Shown here one piece after another: positions 63,354-64,000 of a DNA stretch of 64,000 nucleotides. Under the pieces are notes generated by a model that saw only the letters and a program-made list of their open reading frames with translations, had not been told where the DNA came from and did not search any database. Within the stretch, counting starts at the first letter, position 1, and every line of letters begins with the position of its first letter. The position numbers were made by a program, and so were the translations under genes. Source of the stretch: Paraspadella gotoi (taxonomy: Eukaryota; Animalia; Chaetognatha); the NCBI GenBank assembly GCA_051294375.1, contig CM119263.1:21870494-21934493 (forward strand), given 5' to 3'.

Positions 63354-63435
63354 GAGAGGAGAGAGAGAGAGAAGAGAGAGAGAGAGGAGAAAAAGAAAAG
63401 CGCTGAACGTCTCTGAGAATCAAAGAGGTAAGAGA
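63060..63435 (+). repeat. Four imperfect copies of the PLC exon 3' end and donor region, separated by (AG)n
   Basis: ctgaacgt(c/g)tctgaga...caaaga(g/a)gt recurs near 63085, 63162, 63262 and 63403. Confidence 0.9.
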
Positions 63436-63567
63436 AAGAGAGAGAGAGAGAGATAGAGAGAGACAAAAGAAGAGAGAGAGAGAGAGAGAAGTAGAGAGAG
63501 AGACAAAAAAGAGAGAGCGAGAGAGAGAAAGAGAGACAGAGAGTGAAGAAGAGAAGATGAGAGATAG

Positions 63568-63605
<38 letters not shown>

Positions 63606-64000
63606 AGAGAGAAAGAAAGTCTGATTTCAAATCGAGACAGTGCCTCAAGAGAATGAACTGCTGACATGTCGTCGCATTAATCATTGATGGTCTTTCGTTT
63701 TCCGCCGATGACAACCGGCGGCGCCACCTGAGGTGACAAGAGACGAGAGCGACGACGACGACGAAAATCGAAATGAAAATTGAGTGAAAAAAAATGAAAC
63801 AAAAGGGACTTTAGCAGATTAAACGGACAATCTTCAAATAAAAGAAAAATGAATACAAAATAGGAATTACTAATAATAAAAGTGGATTCAATTTCAAGAA
63901 TACATACATACATAAAGTATTAAACATAACATAAAATAAAAAAGAGACCCTTCCCTTTATCCCTTTTATTCCTTTTTCGATGAAAACGTCACTCGCACCA

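Noticed and set aside
63060-63435. CRISPR-like repeat/spacer appearance
   Set aside because: Repeats are degenerate exon copies, spacers are microsatellite, the context is eukaryotic and there are no cas genes.

Overview
AT-rich, microsatellite-dense eukaryotic (invertebrate animal) genomic DNA with two N gaps; most short ORFs in the track are artefacts of (AG)n/(CT)n repeats. Three spliced genes can be reconstructed by hand. (1) 16-11657, + strand: the 3' part of an ADGRV1/VLGR1/GPR98 orthologue (EAR/EPTP repeats, a single 6.5-kb Calx-beta exon, GPS site HL|S, 7TM, C-terminal ...VRRVPIADTHL*). (2) 34783-62557, + strand: the first three coding exons of a phospholipase C-like gene (PH domain), continuing beyond the window. 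(3) 60044-38256, - strand: a 16-exon gene of about 1350 aa lying entirely inside the ~25-kb second intron of the PLC-like gene. Its product looks like a type II membrane or shed protein: TM anchor, acidic stalk with furin-type sites, about five ~150-aa beta-rich repeats, an F5/8 type C (discoidin) domain and an Asp-box tail. Non-coding DNA holds Tc1/mariner-type MITEs, DINE-1/Helentron-like elements, a tRNA-derived SINE, a circularly permuted ~325-bp dispersed repeat and tandem duplications of exon ends. Family assignments rest on motif recognition from memory, not on database searches.
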